A stretch of 64,000 nucleotides of DNA from Promethearchaeota archaeon (GTDB taxonomy: Archaea; Asgardarchaeota; Lokiarchaeia; Sigyniarchaeales; SOKP01): NCBI GenBank assembly GCA_030599585.1, contig JAUVNS010000009.1:32001-96000 (forward strand), in the 5' to 3' direction. Position numbers and translations under genes: made by a program. Under the pieces are notes generated by a model, which did no database searches, was not told the DNA's origin, and saw only the letters and a list, made by a program, of their open reading frames with translations. Positions 10,724-21,006 of the stretch are shown here, one piece after another. The stretch's first letter is position 1. The number at the start of each line of letters is the position of its first letter.

Positions 10724-10848
10724 AATTTTTAAGGCTAGTATAAAATACTATTTAAATAAAAATGTAATAGATTAAATCTATAATAATTTATAACTTTTTC
10801 TGTAATCATCTATGTAGTACCTTCTATGAATGATTACCCTAAGTTACC

Positions 10849-11865
10849 CTATTTAAAATGTTCATAGCCTTGATTTTTTAATACAAACCTTTTACCCCTC
10901 TTTAGAAAATAGATTTTCTCGTCAGAAATTGCCTTTCCCACTTTAAATAGCCTCCCTCCTTTAGAGTTAACTAACCGTTGAGCTTTAACATAGTCGTCGG
11001 GATCAATTGCAAATAGATGAATGAATTCCTCTCCCCCTTCAAATATCAATTTTTCTAACGATTTAGAAAATTCTTTTGAGTATTCCATAGCTTTTCGGTG
11101 GATTAAATTATCATTGAAATCAATTTCAAAACCCAAATTAGGATTAGATAAAGCTAAATCTTTCAGAGTTTTTGATAAGCCATCAGAAGAGTCTATACTG
11201 GCCGTAGCTAAATTATTATTTGCTAGAATATAAGCTTCTTTTCCCAAATCGTTTGGTTCCAGAACACTATTTATTGCCACGCGATACTTTAAGAAATCTT
11301 TAACATTCGTATCTTTTTGTAAGAGGATATCAAAACCTACGCCTGTTAGGCCAAATTTGTTGTTTATTGCTAGTATATCCCCTGATTTTATACCTTTTCG
11401 ATAAATTATCTCCTTAGGATTCTTAAAACCAAACACAGTTGGATTTATAATAATCTCTTTAGACGAGTTAAGATCGCCCCCAAGATAATTAAGATTCCAT
11501 TTGTTCGAGTAGTCAACAATGCCCTTTATTAATCGTTTAAAATCCACAACAAGTAAATCATTAGGAAGCCCTAATGAAATTATAATACCTTTAGGTTTTA
11601 CTCCCTTAACAACAAGATCGCTAAGGTTCATGAGAACAGACTTAAGTCCCATCTGGTAGAAATTCATTTGTTTTGGAGCGTCAGTTGTAGCGTTAAACAT
11701 GTCTGAGTTAAGAACAAGACATTCTCCTTCTTTTTGGTATTTATATTTAAAAAAAAAAGAATCGTCTCTTCGTAACCTTTTACCTGTTTTACCGTAAATT
11801 GCATCATCTATTAATTCTATTAGCCCAGTTTCACCATAAAAACTAATATTTTCGTTCTGTTTCAT
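10849..11865 (-). CDS. thiL: thiamine-monophosphate kinase
   Basis: GE..LI, DD, NLSDL..KG, GGD, DSSDGL, GGEEF and terminal GYEHF. Confidence 0.92.
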   Translation of the reverse strand: MKQNENISFYGETGLIELIDDAIYGKTGKRLRRDDSFFFKYKYQKEGECLVLNSDMFNATTDAPKQMNFYQMGLKSVLMNLSDLVVKGVKPKGIIISLGLPNDLLVVDFKRLIKGIVDYSNKWNLNYLGGDLNSSKEIIINPTVFGFKNPKEIIYRKGIKSGDILAINNKFGLTGVGFDILLQKDTNVKDFLKYRVAINSVLEPNDLGKEAYILANNNLATASIDSSDGLSKTLKDLALSNPNLGFEIDFNDNLIHRKAMEYSKEFSKSLEKLIFEGGEEFIHLFAIDPDDYVKAQRLVNSKGGRLFKVGKAISDEKIYFLKRGKRFVLKNQGYEHFK

Positions 11866-11926
11866 TAGTAAAATTTTATAATTTTCTAAAATTTATAATT
11901 TTTATAATCTATATATTAATTAGTTT

Positions 11927-12016
11927 GCCTTTGTGGCTTAGTCGTAGAGCGACTGATTCGTAAAATCTTTGATTCGAATCATCAGTAGGCCGGGGGTTCA
12001 ACTCCCCCCAAAGGCT
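11927..12016 (+). tRNA. tRNA-Thr(CGT) with an 18-nt canonical 37/38 intron (11963-11980)
   Basis: Acceptor GCCTTTG/CAAAGGC, anticodon stem ACTGA/TCAGT, CGT at 11959-11961. BHB with central helix TTCG/CGAA and bulges TAA and TCA. T arm GGGGG-TTCAACT-CCCCC. Confidence 0.95.
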
Positions 12017-12020
12017 CTAG

Positions 12021-13037
12021 TTAAAAGTCTTGAGTTTCTATAAATTTTTTAATTATTTGTAAAGCAAGCATTTTAAAGGCATCGTCTATATTTTCTCCTG
12101 TTTTAGCAGAGGTTTCGACGTAAGTCAATGCCAAATTTTGCGCCAACGCCTCTCCCTCGTCGCGAGACACTACTCTCTTAGACTCTAAGTCTATTTTATT
12201 TCCCACTAAAATTAGTACAATATCAGGGGAAGCTTTTTTAATTTCACGATACCAATTTTTATCAATATTTTCAAAACTTGATCGATTAGTTACATCGTAG
12301 ACTAAAATACCCGCTTCGGCGTTAGCTAAATACGACTGTCTAACGCGTTTAAACTGCGCTTGGCCCGCTAAATCCCATATTATGAATCTTACTGTACTTT
12401 CAAGTTCTTTAAACTTACACTCCTTCTTCATAATAGAAGTCCCAATAGTAGATTTATAATCAGTCTCAAACTCATTTTCGACGTACCTATGCACCATACT
12501 CGTTTTACCTACTGCGCCGTCACCTCCTAAAATTAACTTAAAGGCATACTCTCCTGATTTTATGTTAACTTTTTGAAGTTTATCAAGTTTTCGCTGAACA
12601 TTGTTGCCGCCACTCTCTGCAACTAATTTAGGTATAACGGGGCTTACAGTTCTACCGTCAAAAATCCTCGCGATCTTTTCAGCAGCCAAATATGCGTAAG
12701 GGAAAACAGAATCAACCCCGGCTATAGCATCCAGAACAGTAACTAAAACTGCTTCAGGACCAGATTCGCAAAAAATGAATCTATAATCTTCTGTATCGAA
12801 AGTTCCCGTTCCAAAGGATCCTGAACTAAATTCTTCAGTAATTCTAGTTAAAACTGGCTCTACTAAAGCACTAATTCCACTGATAATTTCATCGTTAAGC
12901 GATCTTTCTGAAGATCCTCCTAAGGAATCCATGATCAATCCGTCTCTATTTACAATAAGCGCAGCAACTAAATTATCACCAAGACTCTGCTTATACCACT
13001 GTAGTAACGCAGCTAATTTTTTTGTATCGACTGACAA
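12021..13037 (-). CDS. roadblock/LC7 domain fused to Rab-like small GTPase
   Basis: N-terminal roadblock signature (AALIVNRDGLIM). C-terminal G1-G5 motifs GDGAVGKT, TIG, WDLAGQ, NKID and ETSAK. Confidence 0.9.
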   Translation of the reverse strand: MSVDTKKLAALLQWYKQSLGDNLVAALIVNRDGLIMDSLGGSSERSLNDEIISGISALVEPVLTRITEEFSSGSFGTGTFDTEDYRFIFCESGPEAVLVTVLDAIAGVDSVFPYAYLAAEKIARIFDGRTVSPVIPKLVAESGGNNVQRKLDKLQKVNIKSGEYAFKLILGGDGAVGKTSMVHRYVENEFETDYKSTIGTSIMKKECKFKELESTVRFIIWDLAGQAQFKRVRQSYLANAEAGILVYDVTNRSSFENIDKNWYREIKKASPDIVLILVGNKIDLESKRVVSRDEGEALAQNLALTYVETSAKTGENIDDAFKMLALQIIKKFIETQDF

Positions 13038-13178
13038 TTTTTTATACTATCTTTTTTTAAGAATTAAATAGCACTACGATATTAATATGTAGATGGTCTT
13101 GCATAAAAATTTTTTTACTAAAAAAAGTTGGGTTTAACTGGTTAAACGATAATATCAACGAGGATAACACCGGGAGGT

Positions 13179-13985
13179 TCATTTACCCTTAAACTTTGGT
13201 TTTCTCTTTTCTAAGAAAGCGTTAATACCTTCTTGAAAATCTCTAGTCCCAGCACAAATCTTTATCTTTTCAGATTCGCTTTTTAAATGCGAGATTAGAT
13301 CGTTTTTATAGGAATGATTTAACAGATCTTTTATGTGTTGATAAGCGATTGTAGGACCTTGGCTTATTTTCAACGCAATTTTTTTTACTTCGCTTAGGAA
13401 ATCTTTATCGTCTGAAATAGTCATTGATACCAACCCAAAAGTCTTTGCTTCTTTTGCTGTAATTGTTCGATTTAACAGAATCATATCTGTTGCAAGGGAT
13501 AAACCTACTAATTTTGGCAAGTGATAAGATGTTGAAGAATCAGGTGACAATCCAATCCCCGAGAATGCGGCTCCAAAATTTGCGTTATCGCTGCAGATTC
13601 TTATATCACAGCTACAAGCGTAACCGAGAGACGCACCAAAACATAAACCATTGATAGCCGCTAAAGAGGGGACCCTCAAAGTCTTCAATAATTTTATCCC
13701 CTCGTGTAATTTATCTGCTAATTTACCCATAAACTCTTGGGGTGCCTTGGCTTCTTTAAATTCCTTTATATCGCCCCCCACCGAAAAGCACCCTCCCATT
13801 CCCGTAATAATCAGGCATTTTAACGATTTTATCGATTTCAAATCTTTAATAGCTAAGCAAAATTCACTTACAAGTTTAAAATTGAAAGCATTCAGTGATT
13901 TCGGGCGATTAAAATAAAGGATTACAATACCATTGGATTCGTTTAACGTAACTTTTATATTTTCGTAATTAAACATAAGAATCAA
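13179..13985 (-). CDS. enoyl-CoA hydratase/isomerase (crotonase family)
   Basis: NRPKSLNAF, FSVGGDI, AAINGLCFGA, DFQEGINAFLEKRKPKFKG. Confidence 0.93.
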   Translation of the reverse strand: MILMFNYENIKVTLNESNGIVILYFNRPKSLNAFNFKLVSEFCLAIKDLKSIKSLKCLIITGMGGCFSVGGDIKEFKEAKAPQEFMGKLADKLHEGIKLLKTLRVPSLAAINGLCFGASLGYACSCDIRICSDNANFGAAFSGIGLSPDSSTSYHLPKLVGLSLATDMILLNRTITAKEAKTFGLVSMTISDDKDFLSEVKKIALKISQGPTIAYQHIKDLLNHSYKNDLISHLKSESEKIKICAGTRDFQEGINAFLEKRKPKFKGK

Positions 13986-14124
13986 TTCAAAAAAATACTT
14001 AAATGATAAAAGAATCTAAACAAATAAAATTTTTAACATTTCATTAATTTAGTTCGATTAAAACAAGTTTTATTTGTATTTAAACCTTATAAAGAAATAA
14101 AACACTTTCTACTCGTAATATCAA

Positions 14125-14209
14125 GCAGGAGTTGCCAAGCCTGGTCAACGGTGCTAGACCGAGGCTCTAGTCTCATAGGAGTTCGAGGGTTCGAATCCCT
14201 CCTCCTGCA
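14125..14209 (+). tRNA. tRNA-Leu(GAG)
   Basis: Acceptor GCAGGAG/CTCCTGC, discriminator A, Leu-type D loop, long variable arm, anticodon stem CTAGA/TCTAG with loop CC-GAG-GC. Confidence 0.9.
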
Positions 14210-14284
14210 CTTCTTATTAAATTTTAATCTGCATAGAACTTAAATTAACATAGACAAATAAAAGTTAAAAGATATATTAAAAAG

Positions 14285-15511
14285 TTGACATGTATTGAGA
14301 AATTTATGAATACTATTTTAAGCTTAGATCTAAATCATTTAGATGCTTCAATGGATCATGTTAAAGCCTTAGCTTTTACTCGTTCGCTTTCATCCACCGG
14401 AGAAACTAAAGCAGCTCTCTATATCAAAAATGAGATGGATGAGGAGAACATTGATTGTTTGATTGATTATTTTGCCTTTACAGGAGCTAAAAGGCTTTTT
14501 ATGAGGTTGACTTATATCATTTTATTTACTTATCTGATCGTTTTTCGTTTGTTATTAATTATATTTGCTTATTTTTCTCTCAAGTATCTTTTTCCACGCA
14601 TTCGAAATTACTCCTTAGTAGGAAAGGAGGGATCAAAAAATGTAATTGCAAAAATTAAAGCCGCTAAAAAGCAGAAGAAACGCTCAGTAGTAATATTGTC
14701 CGCTCATTACGATACATTTTCCACAAACCTTCCGTATGGGATACAAAAGATTTTCTTCTTTTTATTTAGAATTATTCTTATCCCTTATGTTATATTCGCC
14801 GTGGTCATTGCAAATTTCTTTTTTATTGCTGAAAGCTCGACAGAATCAACTCAGTTGATACTTTATTTTACGTTAATTGAATTTGCTATGACAACAATCA
14901 TCTTTTTACTTATATACGACAATAACCGCTCTATGGGATCTGTTGATAACGCTAGTGGAGTTGCCATTTTAATTGAACTAGCAAAATCATTAAAGAGGAA
15001 TCCCCTTGAAAACTACGATGTAATCCTATTATGGAGTGGAGGTGAAGAATGGGGCTTAAAAGGATCAAAAGCATTTTGTAATAAGTACCGAAATTACTTA
15101 GAAGAAAAATATGATTTACATAGTTCTTTCAATATAAATATAGATATGGTTGGTTCATATGTAGGACTTGAAACCCACAGCTCATTACATTTAAGGCGAC
15201 GGATAAAAAAGTTTGACTTAAATAAAAAACTTGAAGAAACCGCAAATGAATTGAATATTCCAATAACTGTATATGATAAAATCTTTGAAACTAAAACAGA
15301 TCACAAATCTTTTCAAACATTTGCAAAAAAAACTAAATCATCATTTCAAGTGGCTAACTTTCATTCCGCAAAGGATTCTAAATTCATCCATTCCTCTAGA
15401 GATACTCCCGATAAATGCTACCCTGAAATTTTGAATGGGTGTTTGGAAATCTGTTATGAAACTTTAAAATCTATTGATTCAACTACTTTTACTTCAAAAG
15501 AAATTAGATAA
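14285..15511 (+). CDS. M28 family metallopeptidase with membrane segments
   Basis: SAHYD, DNASG, GEEWGLKGS, NIDMVG, TDH and IHS motifs interleaved with hydrophobic helices. Confidence 0.88.
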   Translation: MTCIEKFMNTILSLDLNHLDASMDHVKALAFTRSLSSTGETKAALYIKNEMDEENIDCLIDYFAFTGAKRLFMRLTYIILFTYLIVFRLLLIIFAYFSLKYLFPRIRNYSLVGKEGSKNVIAKIKAAKKQKKRSVVILSAHYDTFSTNLPYGIQKIFFFLFRIILIPYVIFAVVIANFFFIAESSTESTQLILYFTLIEFAMTTIIFLLIYDNNRSMGSVDNASGVAILIELAKSLKRNPLENYDVILLWSGGEEWGLKGSKAFCNKYRNYLEEKYDLHSSFNINIDMVGSYVGLETHSSLHLRRRIKKFDLNKKLEETANELNIPITVYDKIFETKTDHKSFQTFAKKTKSSFQVANFHSAKDSKFIHSSRDTPDKCYPEILNGCLEICYETLKSIDSTTFTSKEIR

Positions 15512-18500
15512 CTTCTGTTGTTTTATCTTAGGATTATTCGTGAGACTTTCAACGTATTCTTTTATTAGTTCCATCCGTTGTATAGCATAGGCGTCTAAAT
15601 TAAAATCTCTGCTAAGCTTTAGAGCTTTTGGGATATATTTTTCAATTCCACCACGATTAACCGTCAATATAACATTACCTCCACATTTTGGGCACTTTCC
15701 AGCATTCGAGAGAGGGGGGCGTCTGTATTTCTCGTTACATTTCACGCACCTAAAAGTCTGTAAGGCATATTTTCTTAGGTTTCCCATTATATCGGGATTA
15801 AAGTGTGTTGTTAAAATCTTCTCAGCAACTTTTTTATCGTTAACTGCTTTTATAATTTTAGCTAGGTGCAGTTGTGCGTTTATCTTATCTTCCATGCTTG
15901 CATAGGTCTTATATGCTGTAGTTGTAGGACCGTTGTTAATATCGCTAGTTGGTATGTTGAAACCCAGATTTTCGTATTGCGCTGATGTTCCTAACCGACT
16001 TTTCACTAAATTCATTTTCTTTTCTAATTCAAATGGCATAAGATATTCTTGTGTTGCAATATAAAACTCTAGAGGATATTTAAACAATGTATCAATATTA
16101 TGAGCTTCACTATCGACTTCATTAGGGTCTAATAAAGAGGATATCACTAAAGTAGCGTCCATTCTACCTCCTATTTTGCTTGGTAAATAATACCTCGAGA
16201 AATTTAACAATGGATCTAAAAGAAGCATAATCCCATCCTCATCTCCATCGCAGTTTCTACGTTTCGCTGCGTGCCAAAAAGGGTGAGCGTAAATCGATCG
16301 CGCAGGCGAAAAACCAATGATTCTTCCGATAATTCCCGCGCTAGTATGAGGGGCAAGTCCTACAGCTAAATGACCAATCAAATCTTCTCTCTTAGTAAAA
16401 TTGTAAAATTTGTCTAGATTATAGAACAATTCTAATTCATCGTCTATAAAGTTAGCAATTTTAATAAAATACTGAGCACAATCGTCTGAAAGGATGACAT
16501 CCTGCACTTTAAGTTCTAAGATCTGATTTTCGTTATTTAATTCGTTAGCTTTATAGTCTAAATCATATCCCAATTCGATTAATCTACTTACAGAAGTTGC
16601 AATTTCTTTGGGTTTGAAATGAGTTAATGGAATATCAGTGGCGTCGTATCGAATTTCCGCAGTTTTATACACCATTAACCCATTTTTGGCTCGAAGTATT
16701 CCCTTCATTAGCGGTTCTGGAACTTTAAATTTATTTGTCAATCCTAGAATTCCTTTAAATTTGTCCGGGATAGACATATTTAATGAGTTGAGTATTGTTT
16801 TTGAATAATTTTCTATATTAAAAGAAGCCTCCTTAGAGAAGTTTAAAAAGCCTCCGCATTGCTGGCATTTTTCTTCATTTTTAGTGTAATATTTGTTACA
16901 TTTTAGACAGATTTTCTGAAATTCGGTATGATATCCACATTTAGGGCACAGATTAAATGGAGTTATGGACGAACAATTCGGGCATTTCTTTCTACATATA
17001 TCAATTTTTATTCTTCCCAGCTTAATCGCCTTCTGTACCAATCTTGTATTTCCAATTTTATCACTGAGAGGAAATAAGCTTTGAACACCCTTCATACTTT
17101 TTCTTTCAGACTTCTCAGGGCGTCCCATGCGAGTCCCCATATAATATGGGGCTTTATTTCTAATTTCGATGGGAGAAATGGTCGAAAAATAATTGAAGAC
17201 ATTGTCTTCATTTTTTATATCAACAAATTCCTTTTGGTTTAAATTGAATATCGTTTCGTATATTTCCGTTGTTGACTCATCAAGAATTAAGCAACCATCA
17301 TTAAGTTCATGGGGAACAAATGCTCTTTCTAGAATTTCCTTAATGGTAGTTCTATTTTTTAAATATATTTTCTTAGTCTTATCATCATAGCCCGAAGTCA
17401 AAGCTTCTCTTAAAGTGCTCAAATCACTTACGGAAATGTTTCCCCAATAATCGGTGTATTTAGGATGCAAGGGCACGGCAAATTTTTTTGCTAAATTGAT
17501 CGCCTCTTTTGCCGAGGGAATGTTATTAAAAGGATCTTCGATAAATTTTTGAGATTCGTTGTTTGATCCTAGTTCACTTTTTAGCGCTTCCTCTAACTCT
17601 AAAGCCCACCATTCTTCAACATAACCAGATGGGACCAGTTTGTGGTTATTTTCAGAAAACTCCCCAAATCCAAAGAGAATATCTCCCAGAAAAAGAATTT
17701 CTTTTATATCATGAAAGAGTTCTTTTGCCTTTTTTCTGCTCGAAATCCTTACTACACTTCCGTTTTTCAGTTTTACAATTGGTGGTTCTATCGAGTTCAC
17801 AGGACAAATACTGGTGCTTTTTCCAGGTCTTTCAATTCTCAATTGTGTTCCAATTGCTATAAAATTGTCTAAAACTGCCATAGTAGCAGGATGCAATCCT
17901 CCCGCAGCTAATCCGGTATTACGCGATCTTCCATAACGCATTCTATGCCCACCAATTTTGGAAGGGTGGCTAAAAACGGGTCTACCTGCGATAATGTCAG
18001 AAACATATTTAGAGTTAGGAGTGATTTTAATAGTAGATTTGCTCTCTAAATCGTCATTTTTGATTACTTTCTCATCCTTTTGTGCTATCTCTTTTAGCTT
18101 TCCTAGCCAATCCCAACCTTCTAATTTCATATTTTGAGCAATCTTAAGAAGTTTTGGCGCTTTAAGTAATATCCCATCGTTTAATACTAAACAAGCACCG
18201 CCTCTAATTTTATTTGTTTTGATTCTAGGTAATCCCCTAAATGCTGATACTTCTTCATCTTCAGTAGAGTCTCCATTTATCTCAACAGGTAGATGCTCTA
18301 CGGCGTATCGAATCTCGTCGTTAGAAGAGGGATATTGTAAGTGAACTCTCCGATCGTATAATTTGACTTCTTCAACGAATCGTCCTATCTCACCCTCAGT
18401 CGCCTCATATTTTGGAATATTTGATCGTTTTCTAACATAATCCGCAATCAGAACGCATAAAGCGGCTGTGGTACCTCCAGCAGCCCTAATCGGACCTGCA

Positions 18501-18928
18501 AAATATAATGATAAGTATTTTTTGTTGTGCTGATCTTCTCGTATTAATATTTTTGATATTCCTTCAAGAGGGGCGCTAACGACACCCATGGTTTTAATAG
18601 CAAGACCCACCCTGATAGCCCTTTCGACCCTTTCCTCTAAAGAGTCAATATTTACGATTTTTTGGCTTAAAATGTCAGAAACTACTTGAAACACAATCTC
18701 ATCTTCGCTTTTTCCTTGTTGTTTTAAAACTCTTATCACATCAGCGACGCCCTTTGGTCCTATAAGTTTTTCTACTCTTCCTGCTAAATCTTTAGCTTGA
18801 GGAGATTCTACAAAAGTTTCAGGATCAAGTCCTTTTTGGCGTGCTTTTTCTGCGATTTCGTAGCAAATATCAACATCTTTTTGTAACAGAGAAAAGTAGT
18901 CTTCCATTTTTTTACTCATTTCTACCAT
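15494..18928 (-). CDS. polC: DNA polymerase D large subunit DP2
   Basis: GPIRAAGGT, RYGRSRNTGLA, AAKRRNCDGDED, Zn fingers and C-terminal PIP box QQKLSNFF. Confidence 0.99.
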   Translation of the reverse strand: MVEMSKKMEDYFSLLQKDVDICYEIAEKARQKGLDPETFVESPQAKDLAGRVEKLIGPKGVADVIRVLKQQGKSEDEIVFQVVSDILSQKIVNIDSLEERVERAIRVGLAIKTMGVVSAPLEGISKILIREDQHNKKYLSLYFAGPIRAAGGTTAALCVLIADYVRKRSNIPKYEATEGEIGRFVEEVKLYDRRVHLQYPSSNDEIRYAVEHLPVEINGDSTEDEEVSAFRGLPRIKTNKIRGGACLVLNDGILLKAPKLLKIAQNMKLEGWDWLGKLKEIAQKDEKVIKNDDLESKSTIKITPNSKYVSDIIAGRPVFSHPSKIGGHRMRYGRSRNTGLAAGGLHPATMAVLDNFIAIGTQLRIERPGKSTSICPVNSIEPPIVKLKNGSVVRISSRKKAKELFHDIKEILFLGDILFGFGEFSENNHKLVPSGYVEEWWALELEEALKSELGSNNESQKFIEDPFNNIPSAKEAINLAKKFAVPLHPKYTDYWGNISVSDLSTLREALTSGYDDKTKKIYLKNRTTIKEILERAFVPHELNDGCLILDESTTEIYETIFNLNQKEFVDIKNEDNVFNYFSTISPIEIRNKAPYYMGTRMGRPEKSERKSMKGVQSLFPLSDKIGNTRLVQKAIKLGRIKIDICRKKCPNCSSITPFNLCPKCGYHTEFQKICLKCNKYYTKNEEKCQQCGGFLNFSKEASFNIENYSKTILNSLNMSIPDKFKGILGLTNKFKVPEPLMKGILRAKNGLMVYKTAEIRYDATDIPLTHFKPKEIATSVSRLIELGYDLDYKANELNNENQILELKVQDVILSDDCAQYFIKIANFIDDELELFYNLDKFYNFTKREDLIGHLAVGLAPHTSAGIIGRIIGFSPARSIYAHPFWHAAKRRNCDGDEDGIMLLLDPLLNFSRYYLPSKIGGRMDATLVISSLLDPNEVDSEAHNIDTLFKYPLEFYIATQEYLMPFELEKKMNLVKSRLGTSAQYENLGFNIPTSDINNGPTTTAYKTYASMEDKINAQLHLAKIIKAVNDKKVAEKILTTHFNPDIMGNLRKYALQTFRCVKCNEKYRRPPLSNAGKCPKCGGNVILTVNRGGIEKYIPKALKLSRDFNLDAYAIQRMELIKEYVESLTNNPKIKQQKLSNFF

Positions 18929-19196
18929 AATTGTGTCAGCACATTGATAGGATAATTAATCTTATTGTTAAAAATTAGGTTACATAATGTTAAATTTCTA
19001 GGTTCAAAATAAAATATTTTATTAATAGGTTAGTTGAATCGAACTATTTGAATTTGAGGAGTTTTAAAGTTTTTGATAAAAGTATGAGAATTAGCATGCC
19101 CTCCTAATAATTATAAACATTGTTTAATCTTTAATAGTAAATAATTTATCTTTATTTTTTTATAGATATAATAATTCTATCAAGGGAGAACCAGAC

Positions 19197-20972
19197 TTGG
19201 AAAGCAGAATCACAGAGCAGAAGAAGGTTATTCTAAATAAACTAATAAATTCAGGAATAAATATTTCTCCTACAATGCTAGACAATATTCTAAACATAAA
19301 TAATCCCCTGAAAAACTTAAATCTCCTTATTAAGGAAACAAGTTTTATACCTTCATTTAAGAGTCACTTAACGGAAACTGTAATAAAAGATATTTCAGAC
19401 GAAAAACTTCAAAGAGTACTGAAACGTAACCTATCTAAAACCAATCATCTGCTATTACAAGAAGAAACCACTACCTCCGAACATTCCAATCTTCAAAAAG
19501 AAGTAGTTACGAGCACCTTAATTGATAAAAATCTCCCAGCAGAATTTTCACCCGTTATTGAAAGCTCTAAAACAGAGTATAAAAGTCAAGAAACTTCCCC
19601 TTCAGATATCTTGCCCAAGCGAATTACTAAAAAGAAAACTACAAAAAGAACTCCAAGGTTCGAATCCACTAAATCTATTTTTACATTTAATCCTATTGCC
19701 AAAGAATACAAATCTAACTACGAAGTTATTCAAGATCCAACAAATAAATTATTTACTAACGGAAAATATGATGATTTTTACGAATTAACGCTTGACAAAT
19801 ATAATAAGCTTAAAACTCTCATCAGAAAAAGACCAGAAGTAAGTTCGGCTACTAACATCAATAACATATTTAGGATATCTAATAGTATTGAAATATCAAC
19901 ATTAGGTTTAGTAGATAAAATTCGCCAAACAAAAAAAGGAAATTATCTCTTTACTTTGGAGGATTTAACTGGCAAAATTAGCGTATTAATTCAAAATAAT
20001 TCGGAGAACTTAGATTTCGTCAAAATTATAGAAAGAACTCTTAACGATCAGATGGTGTTCGTTAAGGGATTCTATAATCCTGGTGAACACGGGAGAAAAG
20101 GAATAATTTTTGCCTCCTACATCTCAAAAATAGATATTCCAACAAATTTTCAGCCTAATTTTTCACCCGATCCTCTCTCAATCGCTTTAATTTCTGACAT
20201 TCACATTGGAAGTAAAGAGTTTGAGGAAGGTTTATTTACTAAATTTATTAATTTTTTAAATGGCAAAAGTAATAATAAACTTCTAAGAGAAAAAGCTGGA
20301 AGAATAAAGTATTTAGTCATTAATGGCGATCTAATTGACGGAATAGGAATATACCCCAATCAACAAGAAGATCTCGTCATCACAGACATTTATAAGCAAT
20401 TTAAAAAAGCTTCAGATATTCTTTTAGAAATTCCGGATTATATTAAAATATTTTTTGTATCTGGAAATCACGAACCAGTAAGAAATGCAATACCCCGACC
20501 CGCAGTACCAAAGAAATATTGCGAAGATTTAGTTAACATGGGGATCAAATGCTTAGGCAACCCTTCTTTAATTAAAACTCATAATGTCAACACACTTATA
20601 TATCATGGGGAGAGCATGCACGATATAACTAGAATAATTCACGATTTAGACATAAATAAACCGATCGAGACCATGAAAGAATTTCTAATAGGTAGACATC
20701 TTGCTCCAACATTTGGAGGAAAAACACAAATTGCTCCTGTAAACACTGATCATCTAATAGTAGAAAAGATTCCTGACATCTTTCATACAGGACACGTACA
20801 TATAAACGGAATAGGAAAATACAGGAACGTAACCCTCGTAAATTCGGGATGTTTTCAAGCTCAAACTGACTTTATGAAAAGTTTTGGGATAATGCCTACT
20901 CCCGGTATAGTACCAGTAATTGAATTGGATTCTTTAGATTTTTTAACACTCGATTTTAAAAAAATTAATTAA
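19197..20972 (+). CDS. polB: DNA polymerase D small subunit DP1 (proofreading exonuclease)
   Basis: OB fold; calcineurin-like motifs SDIHIGS, GDLIDG, GNHE, YHG, HLAP and GHVH; TPG. Confidence 0.97.
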   Translation: MESRITEQKKVILNKLINSGINISPTMLDNILNINNPLKNLNLLIKETSFIPSFKSHLTETVIKDISDEKLQRVLKRNLSKTNHLLLQEETTTSEHSNLQKEVVTSTLIDKNLPAEFSPVIESSKTEYKSQETSPSDILPKRITKKKTTKRTPRFESTKSIFTFNPIAKEYKSNYEVIQDPTNKLFTNGKYDDFYELTLDKYNKLKTLIRKRPEVSSATNINNIFRISNSIEISTLGLVDKIRQTKKGNYLFTLEDLTGKISVLIQNNSENLDFVKIIERTLNDQMVFVKGFYNPGEHGRKGIIFASYISKIDIPTNFQPNFSPDPLSIALISDIHIGSKEFEEGLFTKFINFLNGKSNNKLLREKAGRIKYLVINGDLIDGIGIYPNQQEDLVITDIYKQFKKASDILLEIPDYIKIFFVSGNHEPVRNAIPRPAVPKKYCEDLVNMGIKCLGNPSLIKTHNVNTLIYHGESMHDITRIIHDLDINKPIETMKEFLIGRHLAPTFGGKTQIAPVNTDHLIVEKIPDIFHTGHVHINGIGKYRNVTLVNSGCFQAQTDFMKSFGIMPTPGIVPVIELDSLDFLTLDFKKIN

Positions 20973-21006
20973 ATTCTTCTACTTTTAATAGTAATAGGTG
21001 CTTTAA

